DNA of 48,571 nucleotides from Candidatus Thorarchaeota archaeon (GCA_011364905.1 RDNZ01000020.1:1-48571); one strand, 5' to 3'. Numbered from the stretch's first letter, positions 10,320-18,786 are shown. Notes: generated by a model not told the origin, from the letters alone. Program-made: numbers and translations.

Positions 10320-10395
10320 CATTTCTTTGAGGTCTTACACTCTTTCATATCTTTGTACCACTGAGTAGAACCACCAGCTGATAGAAGGTCTTGTT

Positions 10396-11337
10396 ATGGT
10401 GAAGGCAGTTGTTGATGCAGTTGACATCGACCTAAAGACTGGCACAACCTTAGGATACTATACATTTGGTGAAGACAGACCGAACATCCTAGTTTTGGGG
10501 GCTATGAATGGTCGCTCCGCCACGGATGTCTATGCAAGCTATCTCATAATGAAACATCTTGAGGGCCTAGAACGAATCGACGGTTCTGTAACCTTTCTCC
10601 CTGTGGCAAGTCCACTTGCATTTCGACTTGGTGCGAGGGTATCGCCACTAGACTCCAAGGATTTAGACAACGTGTTTCCGGGTAACGAGTATGGGACCGT
10701 CACAGAGAGAACTGCATGGGATATTTGGCGTCGTGCATCTCAAGCGGATTATATAGTCCATCTCCGTACAGGATGGCAAAACTGCGCAAGCCACATCATT
10801 GCAATGCACAGAGACTACATTCATGTGAGGAATTTCGCAACGCAGATTGGCCTTCCCTATGTTGTTCAAGCTTCAGGAGCAAGGGGAGCGATCATTACAG
10901 AGGCGGCTCATGAGGGAATAGCAGCGATTTCTATTGAAATGAGGGGAGATGCAGATCAGGTTGATTCTCAAGCTGCTGTAGAAGTGCGAGAAGCCATTCT
11001 CAACTTCCTGCGCACAAAAGACATGATTGTTGGAGAGAGGATAGAAGCCTCAAATTCGCTTTTGGGTAGGTTGCAGCATGTCAATGTAGACACCGAAGGA
11101 TTCTTTGTGCCCACCGTTGATTTGGGTGAAACTCTAAGAGCCGGGGAGGTATTAGGTCATGTGCAGGATAAGAATGAGATAAAGACCCCCTATGATGGCG
11201 TGGTGATTTCACTCAGTCGTATCAACTATGTTTTTGAGGGTGACATGATTGCTCGCATTGCAGCGCAACTTGGTGACCAACGGACTTCGATGGTCCCAGA
11301 GAAAGAGGAGTTAGCGCCGAAGAGAAGGAAATGGTGA
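10396..11337 (+). CDS. Succinylglutamate desuccinylase/aspartoacylase (M14)-family protein with degenerate active site
   Basis: GSVTFLPVASPLAF, DLDNVFPG..GTVTER, C-terminal lipoyl-like barrel (KTPYDGVV). The Zn-binding HGDE motif is replaced by NGRS. Confidence 0.8.
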   Translation: MVKAVVDAVDIDLKTGTTLGYYTFGEDRPNILVLGAMNGRSATDVYASYLIMKHLEGLERIDGSVTFLPVASPLAFRLGARVSPLDSKDLDNVFPGNEYGTVTERTAWDIWRRASQADYIVHLRTGWQNCASHIIAMHRDYIHVRNFATQIGLPYVVQASGARGAIITEAAHEGIAAISIEMRGDADQVDSQAAVEVREAILNFLRTKDMIVGERIEASNSLLGRLQHVNVDTEGFFVPTVDLGETLRAGEVLGHVQDKNEIKTPYDGVVISLSRINYVFEGDMIARIAAQLGDQRTSMVPEKEELAPKRRKW

Positions 11338-11780
11338 CTGTGAGCATCAGATGCGATGACATGACATACCTCATGCGGGTCAATGTTGGTGACAAGCGGC
11401 TGCGAGCAAACCCGAATCTTTTGCTGGTGGGTAGTTGTCTAGATAGGTTTCCAGATATCGTGAAAGAAGTATGCGAGGGGAATGGAGGCCATTCCGTCCT
11501 ACATGTCTGCCTCGAAGAAATCCATGTGAACCAAGCTGGTTTCAAGATCGGTTCGATTGTGAGATATTCCGGTATTAAGAGGGTCACGGTTCTCACCGTT
11601 GATGGGAGTCCTCACTGCGTTCAGCTGCATTATGTTGTTGAGGACATCAAGAGGCATTTTGCTCCAGATCTACAGACAGTCCATTATGTTATAGAGAAAG
11701 GTAAACTCGTAGAGATCTCTCCAGATGCGGTGAAGCATTCTAGACACCTATCGAAGATTCAGAGTCTGCTAAATGATTAG
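11331..11780 (+). CDS. Conserved Cys-containing putative Fe-S protein (alternative start 11361)
   Basis: LLVGSC, HVCLEE.H.N..GFK, TVDGSPHC..LH motifs. Confidence 0.6.
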   Translation: MVTVSIRCDDMTYLMRVNVGDKRLRANPNLLLVGSCLDRFPDIVKEVCEGNGGHSVLHVCLEEIHVNQAGFKIGSIVRYSGIKRVTVLTVDGSPHCVQLHYVVEDIKRHFAPDLQTVHYVIEKGKLVEISPDAVKHSRHLSKIQSLLND

Positions 11781-12361
11781 CCAAGTTTGGGGAGAATGAA
11801 TCCAGCAGTCTTCCTGTATTTTTGATACTCGTCACCATAATGAAGTACGAGTTTTCGCTCCTCAAAATATGCACCAACTAACGTGTAGAACATCAAACTT
11901 AATGCAAACACAATGACACGGGGGAAGGGATAGACGAGTGCTGCAGCAACCAGCACAAGTATTGTTGCTAAGTATAGCGGATGTCTCACCCTAGAGTAGA
12001 TGCCATTGGTAACAAGTTCAGCTTTCCTATCTGTCCTCATGTCAGCAACAGTGCTGACTGAAATCACTCTGGAGGCCATCATTGCTAGGACTACTCCGCC
12101 AATACCGAAGATTGCACCTAGTACGAGTAGCAGCGGTTGGATTGACGATGGATTGAGGATAAAGTAAATCCAATTCCAGAAGTTCATGGATAGGAATGCA
12201 ATAGCAAGGGTGATGATGCTGGAGGTTGTGAAAAGACGGGAGTAGCCTTCCTTTCCCCATCTGTCAATTATCTTGTTCTTAATCCGAAGATTAGACATTC
12301 CGCTGTGCTGTAAGCCAAAGAGCGTACATCCAAGTACAATTATGAGATACTCAATCATCAT
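11777..12361 (-). CDS. Isoprenylcysteine carboxyl methyltransferase/PEMT (NnrU-like) membrane methyltransferase
   Basis: Multiple TM helices; LVTNGIYSRVRHPLY, EERKL..YGDEYQKYRK. Confidence 0.85.
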   Translation of the reverse strand: MMIEYLIIVLGCTLFGLQHSGMSNLRIKNKIIDRWGKEGYSRLFTTSSIITLAIAFLSMNFWNWIYFILNPSSIQPLLLVLGAIFGIGGVVLAMMASRVISVSTVADMRTDRKAELVTNGIYSRVRHPLYLATILVLVAAALVYPFPRVIVFALSLMFYTLVGAYFEERKLVLHYGDEYQKYRKTAGFILPKLG

Positions 12362-12410
12362 GAAACACCATATTCTTTTTCTTGTTTCATAAGGCAGAAA
12401 CCTTATTAGA

Positions 12411-12437
12411 TAACTATTGTGTATTTAACAATAGTTA
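12411..12437. promoter_or_regulatory. Perfect 10-7-10 inverted repeat (putative operator)
   Basis: TAACTATTGT-N7-ACAATAGTTA, immediately downstream of TATA-like CTTATTA, in a divergent intergenic region. Confidence 0.6.
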
Positions 12438-12463
12438 ATATGTTCACAATTGGTGAAATATAG

Positions 12464-13036
12464 ATGATGGAAGCAGCAAAGAACCCCTTCTCCCCAATGG
12501 AGTTGTGGGATGATACAATGGTCACCATAAATGAAGGTGACGAGAAGAAAAAAGTGGATGCTAAACGCTACAGAATACGCTATCTTGTCGGACAGAGTGA
12601 AGACAAGAGATTTGTCGATGGCGGCGACGAAAAAATCGCCGAGCTCGATGAAAAGACAATATTTCTGGCGCCTTCGGTGCATCGTCTCACAGGAGACCCA
12701 TTCCATTATGACCGAACAATGGTAGAGAGCATAAGTGGGAAGGCGAGAATCGCGGAGAGGACGAAAGAACTGAAACGCCATGAAGCGTGTGATGAACACA
12801 AGACAATCGAGGTCATCTTTGAAAGCCCTGGGACCGAGTGTTGTGCCATGTCCAAGGAGGACGTGGAAAAGATGCGAGTTCCACTCCAGTACATGTCGGG
12901 ATACTTGCTTGGAGATAGCAATGGAATGCTAAAAGTGGCACTCTCAAAGACTGTTGTCGATGATGGTACAGAGTACTATGACAACATACACATCATCCCG
13001 GATTCAGCAGTGAAGCAGAAATCTTGTCTTGAGTAA
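12464..13036 (+). CDS. Hypothetical protein
   Basis: 190 aa ORF with an ATG start and upstream promoter-like elements; no confident family. Confidence 0.7.
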   Translation: MMEAAKNPFSPMELWDDTMVTINEGDEKKKVDAKRYRIRYLVGQSEDKRFVDGGDEKIAELDEKTIFLAPSVHRLTGDPFHYDRTMVESISGKARIAERTKELKRHEACDEHKTIEVIFESPGTECCAMSKEDVEKMRVPLQYMSGYLLGDSNGMLKVALSKTVVDDGTEYYDNIHIIPDSAVKQKSCLE

Positions 13037-13047
13037 TCTGCTACAAA

Positions 13048-13158
13048 GAGGCGAACGTCCGATCATCTCCTTGATCTGGCTGCCCCCACACAGCTAGACA
13101 TCCTTTCGCTTCGGGTGTTTGCCTCGCCCCTCGTTTTCTGACTATGAGGGGGTGTACA
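13048..13158 (+). ncRNA. Candidate structured RNA (two hairpins), identity unknown
   Basis: 15-bp stem 13048-13062/13111-13125 with G-U pairs favouring the + strand; 8-bp upper stem; second 8-bp hairpin 13127-13151. Confidence 0.4.
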
Positions 13159-13350
13159 TACGTATGTATGAGGATAGTATGTTTTCTTGAGAATGACCAA
13201 GAAGGTGGTGCAATAGCTCACTCATGCTTAGACTTATATACGTAAATAATAGCGCTTGGGGAAGCATCCTCCTTCGGCTGTGATTTTAGGTATACGTTAG
13301 CTAAGCATGTACGCGGCCATATCTCAAGTGGATGCAAAGGTGATTCAAAA

Positions 13351-14295
13351 ATGGCAAGACCGGCACGGACCGCATTGGAAGGTCGCAAAGGTATGACGAT
13401 CTGTTCTGTATGCGGTGGTAGTGATTTTTACCAAGACTTGACACGTGGTGAACACATCTGTACATCATGCGGATGTGTGATGAACGAGAGAATCTTAGAT
13501 ACTGGACCTGAGTGGCGAGCATTCACTGCTGAAGAACGGAATGCAAGAGCACGAACAGGTTCTCCGATGACTTTGACTATGGCAGACAAGGGTCTTGCTA
13601 CAACTATTGGCTGGAGCGATAGAGACGCGAACGGTCGCGCAATTGCCGCTAGTAGCCGTGCAGCAATCTATCGAATGCGTAAGTGGCAGATCAGAACGTT
13701 GGTTCATAGCTCTCAGCATAGAAACCTCAGTATCGCGATGAGCGAGATGGACAGACTGACCTCACAGCTTGGAATTCCAAGTGAAACAAAAGAGACCTCA
13801 GCCTTGATCTATCGAAAGGCTCTGAGCAAGCGTCTTGTAAGAGGTAGAAGTATCGAGGGTATGGTTGCAGCAACCATCTATCTCTCTTGTAGAATACACA
13901 AGATCCCAAGACAGCTTGACGAGATCGTCACGGAAGCTCGAGTCAACAGAAAGGAACTAGGTCAGTGTGTACGACTCATCCTAAGGAATGTCGATGTCAA
14001 GGTCCCAATCCCATCTGCAAACGACCTGATGCCAAGAATTTCTGCAGACCTTAATCTTGATGGGCGAACTGTCCAGACTGCAATGAACATCATAAACGAT
14101 GCTCGTGATAGAGGAATAACCGCGGGCAAGGATCCTGGTGGTCTAGCAGCTGCAGCACTGTACATCGCAGGTATCATCGAAGATGATCGACGGACCCAGA
14201 GAGAGATTGCAGAGGCTTCAAATGTCACCGAGGTGACCGTCAGGAACAGATACAAGGACCTGGCCAACAGCCTACAGATTACAATCAAACCATAG
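13351..14295 (+). CDS. tfb: Transcription initiation factor IIB (TFB paralogue 1)
   Basis: Zn ribbon CSVC..CTSC, B-reader GPEWRAF, RTGSP, two cyclin repeats (RGRS, GKDP..AAAALY, RTQREIA..VTEVTVRNRY). Confidence 0.97.
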   Translation: MARPARTALEGRKGMTICSVCGGSDFYQDLTRGEHICTSCGCVMNERILDTGPEWRAFTAEERNARARTGSPMTLTMADKGLATTIGWSDRDANGRAIAASSRAAIYRMRKWQIRTLVHSSQHRNLSIAMSEMDRLTSQLGIPSETKETSALIYRKALSKRLVRGRSIEGMVAATIYLSCRIHKIPRQLDEIVTEARVNRKELGQCVRLILRNVDVKVPIPSANDLMPRISADLNLDGRTVQTAMNIINDARDRGITAGKDPGGLAAAALYIAGIIEDDRRTQREIAEASNVTEVTVRNRYKDLANSLQITIKP

Positions 14296-14298
14296 TAG

Positions 14299-14333
14299 TT
14301 GGGATTCCTCCCAACTGCTCCATCCTCTTTTTC
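14299..14333 (+). terminator. Putative terminator after tfb
   Basis: GTTGGGA-ttcc-TCCCAAC hairpin followed by a pyrimidine tract ending CTCTTTTTC. Confidence 0.45.
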
Positions 14334-14381
14334 AATGCGTAGATTCATTTGTTGACAATGTCTAGAGCATGCTAGATCTCA

Positions 14382-15131
14382 ATGACTCAATTCTTACTTG
14401 TCCTCTGCGGACTTCCAGCATCTGGTAAGTCAGCCCTAGCAGATGCAATACAAGTGGAGATGGACTCTGGCGTAGAGATTGTAAGGACAGATGACTGGAG
14501 AGATGACAAGTACTACACTGATTGGAAACCTGAGAAGGAGAAGCCTGTCCGTCAAGCAGCACTAGAGAAGACCAGAAGTCTAGTTGCCTCTGGTAAGAGC
14601 GTCATTCATGACGATACTAATTACTACGCCAGTATGAGACACGAATTGCTCGATGTTGCTGTTGAAAATGCATGTGCATTTGCCATAGTCCATGTCACCA
14701 CGCCATTGACAACAGCACTGAAATGGAACCGTGAACGTGAGAATTCAAGAATTCCGGATAGTGTGATTAAGGATATCTTTGAGAAGTTTGACAATCCAGG
14801 TCGACGATATCTCTGGGATAATGCAGAGTATGAAGTTGATATGGAGAATCAAGATCTGAGAACGGTGGCAGATGAGATAGCTCAAATGCTTGAGGTTCTT
14901 GAACCTGCAACAAAGCCAAAACCAAGAGCGGTCACAAGTACAGAGTTTGAGAGATTGGATACGGAGTTGCGACTTCTTGTATCGGAATTTTTACAAGAAC
15001 ATCCAGAACTCAGGGGGAATAGAGAGGTTTCTATTATCCGACGAAATGTTCTCCGTTCAGCAAGCGAATGTGAGATCCCAGTAAAGGGCGTGAGTGAGAG
15101 ATTATTAGCGGAATTGAATAAGCTGCTGTAA
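14382..15131 (+). CDS. pstK: L-seryl-tRNA(Sec) kinase (PSTK)
   Basis: P-loop CGLPASGKS, DDTNYYASMR, WNRER..IP, YLWD; adjacent to tRNA-Sec. Confidence 0.92.
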   Translation: MTQFLLVLCGLPASGKSALADAIQVEMDSGVEIVRTDDWRDDKYYTDWKPEKEKPVRQAALEKTRSLVASGKSVIHDDTNYYASMRHELLDVAVENACAFAIVHVTTPLTTALKWNRERENSRIPDSVIKDIFEKFDNPGRRYLWDNAEYEVDMENQDLRTVADEIAQMLEVLEPATKPKPRAVTSTEFERLDTELRLLVSEFLQEHPELRGNREVSIIRRNVLRSASECEIPVKGVSERLLAELNKLL

Positions 15132-15149
15132 GGGGACTCGGAAGATTGA

Positions 15150-15240
15150 TGGCGGCCTCCTAAGAGAATCGAACTCTCAACGCTTGCACGTTCATGGGTT
15201 TGAAGCCCACGGAACCAGACCACCGGTCCTGTAGGAAGCC
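15150..15240 (-). tRNA. selC: tRNA-Sec (UCA), archaeal/eukaryal 9/4 fold, CCA encoded
   Basis: Minus strand reads GGCTTCCTA CA GGACCGG TGGT CTGGTTC CGTGGG CTTCAAA CCCATG AACGTGCAAGCGTT G AGAG TTCGATT CTCT TAGGAGGCC G CCA. This gives a 9-bp acceptor, 7-bp D stem, 6-bp anticodon stem with UCA, long variable arm, 4-bp T stem and G discriminator. Confidence 0.96.
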
Positions 15241-15273
15241 ACAAATTTGTAGCTGAGAAAATCCGATATGAAT

Positions 15274-15954
15274 CTAAATGTAACGACTAATGATATCTTG
15301 GGTCTCCTTCTTCCATTCAATGCTCTTTTTGGCGAGCTCTGAAGCGATGTTTCCTGGCAGGGTCTCGTCACGAGGAAGAGACTCAATTCGTGAGAGCCAA
15401 CCGGATGTGGATAGCGTTAGGGAAGGCACGCTCTCCTCGCCCTCAGTGGCTTTTATCATCATTTCGCGGCCATGAGCGACTTGAGTGTAGACGTTGTTGA
15501 GAGGTGATTTGTTTAGAATTTCGCGGACAGTCTTATCCCAACAGGCTTTTGCAACAAGAGCTCGTTTCAATTTGGACTTGTCATCACCGGGTAGAGCATC
15601 GTATTTGGAGAGCGCATCGCTGAGAGAAGTTGCGAAACCATCCAGAAAGGCACCAAGAGCAACTTCATCAATACCTTCAGCCTCAACACCGATGCTGGAT
15701 CGGGATCCATCTACTGAGATGCCGACCAGTGCCTTTTCGCCTGCAATCCGAAGTGAGAATCTCGCTGCTCCATTGAAGACCTGACTCTCTGCTTCATTAT
15801 GCTCCTCCAATATCACATTGGGTTTTGAGGCGATTGAAAACCAGGCAATTCTAAACACAGTAACTGGATCATCATTACTATAACTAAGAGAACGCGAAAC
15901 CTTAACCGTATCGTCTAAAGCATCCAACTCTCGAGACCTCCCCAAGGGTCTCAT
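15274..15954 (-). CDS. Uncharacterised protein inside the Sec operon
   Basis: 226 aa ATG ORF, 23 nt after the sepSecS stop and 33 nt before tRNA-Sec, same strand. Confidence 0.8.
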   Translation of the reverse strand: MRPLGRSRELDALDDTVKVSRSLSYSNDDPVTVFRIAWFSIASKPNVILEEHNEAESQVFNGAARFSLRIAGEKALVGISVDGSRSSIGVEAEGIDEVALGAFLDGFATSLSDALSKYDALPGDDKSKLKRALVAKACWDKTVREILNKSPLNNVYTQVAHGREMMIKATEGEESVPSLTLSTSGWLSRIESLPRDETLPGNIASELAKKSIEWKKETQDIISRYI

Positions 15955-15977
15955 TGTTTATTTACTGGTTTGCTTAT

Positions 15978-17309
15978 TTACTTTGGTTGTAGCTGTCCCC
16001 ACTCAGCTGCAAGTTTGGCTGTGGCTGTTTCCATATCGTTTCGAGAAGCGCCGATAGCTGCATTCATCACCAAATAACTATGGGGATAGCCGTCACATGA
16101 TGATCCTGATTCTCCCTTCTCAACAGCCCTCGGGCCCGTCACTCGTGCATTGTAAAGTCTTGCACCTAACTCTTTGGCATCTACTCCATCAATTGTTATG
16201 GCGCAGGCTACAGGATTCCAAACAGATAGAACTCGTTGACCGAATTTGTCAGCTAATTCATGCATCCTATCACTCAGAAAGGCCAAGTTCTCAGTCTGTT
16301 GCTGTCGAAGATTCTTGTATTTATCAAGCCCGATTGCGAGGAGGGCTGCAAGTGTTTGTACTATTGGTGCGGCAGATGCCCGTCCAGCATAAGTTTCAGT
16401 GACTTGCTCAATGAAAGCGCCTGATGGAGATACAATGACAGACCCACCCACCGGCGCAAGAAAGTTCTTGTCGCTACTCTGGACAACCGCATCAACACGA
16501 CCTGCATCGGCGGCAGAACGGATCTCTCCCATTGTCTTCTCAGACTGGACACCGTAAGCGTTGTTGATCACTAAGGGCGTAGCGTTTTCCGCGCAGAGCC
16601 GTGCAATTTCTTTTACCGGATCAGACTCTCTTGGTGGAAAGAAAGTTGTCGTCGCAAGGACTGCACAGTACTCGGCGTTCTTGATGCGTTTCTCCAGATT
16701 TCCAAGGTCGGCTTGGACTGCGTCACCATTGATTATTGTGGGGATGACAGTCTCCTCAAGTCCGGCAAAAGCAATAGCACGATGTGGAGATGCATGATCG
16801 ATGCGAGGAAAAAGGACATGTTTGATTCCCTGCTCCCTTCGTAATGCACTCAGAATGAGTGAAATACTCATCCCGGTTGAGAGAGGAGTCACAATACCAG
16901 ACTTCATGTTGCTGAGGCCAAGCTTGCGAATCGCATCAAGTGCGACATTGTTGGCAACCTGTTGCATGAGAGAAGAGCCAGGAGCCTTGGGCTGTGGAGC
17001 CACAAGTTGGCCACTCCGTCCAACTCCATGGTTGAAACCCGCAGATAATTGGCCGATGAAAGGAGATGCAATTCGGGCCTCACGTTCGCCAACACGTGCC
17101 GCCTCAGGGTCCTTATCTGTGTCAAGAGAAGAGAGGAGTTGAAGCATTATCTCTAACTGCAGGTCAGTGAGTGCTTTGTCAGGGAATTGTCGCCGATTTA
17201 GAACATCTCTGACCGGACTCAACAGAGAGTCCACAGTAGTACGACCACGTTGTAGCATGCTCTTCGGGATGTTCTTTTCTAGAATACGATCAATCTCATC
17301 ATTGTCCAA
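15978..17309 (-). CDS. spcS: O-phosphoseryl-tRNA(Sec) selenium transferase (SepSecS)
   Basis: VGEREARI, HGVGRSG.L..PQPKAPGSS, PRIDHAS, INNAYGVQ, QSSDKNF (PLP Lys), YAGRAS, RVTGPR; TTG start. Confidence 0.96.
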   Translation of the reverse strand: MDNDEIDRILEKNIPKSMLQRGRTTVDSLLSPVRDVLNRRQFPDKALTDLQLEIMLQLLSSLDTDKDPEAARVGEREARIASPFIGQLSAGFNHGVGRSGQLVAPQPKAPGSSLMQQVANNVALDAIRKLGLSNMKSGIVTPLSTGMSISLILSALRREQGIKHVLFPRIDHASPHRAIAFAGLEETVIPTIINGDAVQADLGNLEKRIKNAEYCAVLATTTFFPPRESDPVKEIARLCAENATPLVINNAYGVQSEKTMGEIRSAADAGRVDAVVQSSDKNFLAPVGGSVIVSPSGAFIEQVTETYAGRASAAPIVQTLAALLAIGLDKYKNLRQQQTENLAFLSDRMHELADKFGQRVLSVWNPVACAITIDGVDAKELGARLYNARVTGPRAVEKGESGSSCDGYPHSYLVMNAAIGASRNDMETATAKLAAEWGQLQPK

Positions 17310-17387
17310 ACCGGTACTCCTCCTCTATCAAACGTTGATATGATACAGCTTCGGACTCTCTAACTGTGCCTTTGAATTCTACTGATA

Positions 17388-18695
17388 CTACGCACCACGT
17401 GTACCAAAAGGCTGCTTAATAATACCGACTTCGCCGTTAGCTGCGTGAACAAAAGAACCGACAAGACGCTCAGCCACTTCTTTTTTCGAGGCAAGGCCCT
17501 CAACGAGGACATCATTCTCCCTAATCCGTTGAACCTTGCCCACCCTTACCCGGGGTTTTGAAAGAATCAGCCTAGTAGGAATCTCCTCTACCTTCCCAGA
17601 TCCAATGATTCTCATCTGTGTGGGTGGCAAATCAGTGCGTAACAATAACACCTTGGTCCCAATTGTGGTGGCAACTGGTTTCTGAAGTAAAAGTGCTGCA
17701 GCGAATGACATGCTCTCTATATTTTCTTGAACTACTCTTGAGTCGTCTACAATCTTGAAGGGGAGGATCTGTCCAGTCACGGTCGGCATACCCACTGAGA
17801 CGCTTACTGTCATTCTCTTTGTCACCCTACCTCGGTACAAAGGGTTGATGGAAAGTTGGGTGATAAAGGCATCAGAAAGAGCCATACTTCCGGGATCGCA
17901 GAGATAGTCACCTCTCGTTATTTCTGTATCGCTGACTTCCGGAACATTCACTCCCACCCTGTCACCTGCAGCTGCCGCATCACGTCGTTCTCCAAAGGTT
18001 TGTATGGAACGGACTCTGCCAGTTTTGCCAAGTGGGGCAATCTCCACAATCTGGCCGGTTCTAATTCGTCCCTTTTGAATTGTGCCAGTAATTACAGTAC
18101 CATGTCCCTTCACAGGAAACGCGTGGTCTATCGGTAAGGACAGGGGGCCGGTCACATCTCTCTCTCGAGGTTTCAACACTCTCAGGAGTGCATCTCGAAG
18201 TGCTTTGATGCCATCACCTCTTTGGGCTGACACTCGTATTATCTCGGCACCTTCATACGTAGTACCTCTTAGAATCGACCGTACTCTATCCTCGACTACG
18301 CCGAGCTTCTCCTCTGCGACAAGATCAGTCTTGGCAATGGCTACAACGAGACTCTCTACACCCATTGTCTGAAGAACGACCAGATGCTCTCCTGTCTGAA
18401 TTTTGGGGCCCTCATCTGCAGCTACGACCAAGATTGCTGCATCGATGATGTTCGAGCCAGCAACTACGCTCCTAATCAGGTCAGCGTGCCCAGGAGCATC
18501 AACTAGAGTGACCAGATACATATCAAGACGAAACATGGTAAAGCCAAGGTCAATAGTGATACCTCGTTTCTGAGCTTGAGGATGTTTGTCCAATCCCGCT
18601 GTAGACACTTTCTCACTAAGAGCGGTCGCGAGTGCAGTTTTACCGTGGTCAATATGTCCCATAAGACCTACATGAACCGGGACAAGATCATCCAT
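17388..18695 (-). CDS. selB: Selenocysteine-specific elongation factor SelB (C-terminal 30 aa displaced by a frameshift; corrected end 17299)
   Basis: GHIDHGKT, STAGLDKHP..RGITIDLGF, DAPGHADLIR, IDHAFPVKGHGTV, domain IV EGLASKKE..PFGTRG. Confidence 0.95.
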   Translation of the reverse strand: MDDLVPVHVGLMGHIDHGKTALATALSEKVSTAGLDKHPQAQKRGITIDLGFTMFRLDMYLVTLVDAPGHADLIRSVVAGSNIIDAAILVVAADEGPKIQTGEHLVVLQTMGVESLVVAIAKTDLVAEEKLGVVEDRVRSILRGTTYEGAEIIRVSAQRGDGIKALRDALLRVLKPRERDVTGPLSLPIDHAFPVKGHGTVITGTIQKGRIRTGQIVEIAPLGKTGRVRSIQTFGERRDAAAAGDRVGVNVPEVSDTEITRGDYLCDPGSMALSDAFITQLSINPLYRGRVTKRMTVSVSVGMPTVTGQILPFKIVDDSRVVQENIESMSFAAALLLQKPVATTIGTKVLLLRTDLPPTQMRIIGSGKVEEIPTRLILSKPRVRVGKVQRIRENDVLVEGLASKKEVAERLVGSFVHAANGEVGIIKQPFGTRGA

Positions 18696-18786
18696 ATCCT
18701 AGCCTCCACTCAATGAGGATGTTTCGCGCATAAAACCTTAGTGAGAAACAGAGTAGTTTATTGGGATCATTACATGACAGAGTTGT

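Noticed and set aside
13063-13110. SECIS element in the hairpin after 12464-13036
   Set aside because: No AUGA/GA core with an 11-12 bp helix II, and the upstream gene has no in-frame TGA.
15192-15386. Small ORFs overlapping tRNA-Sec (also 14882-15244)
   Set aside because: They are shadows of the tRNA, pstK and the 15274-15954 gene.
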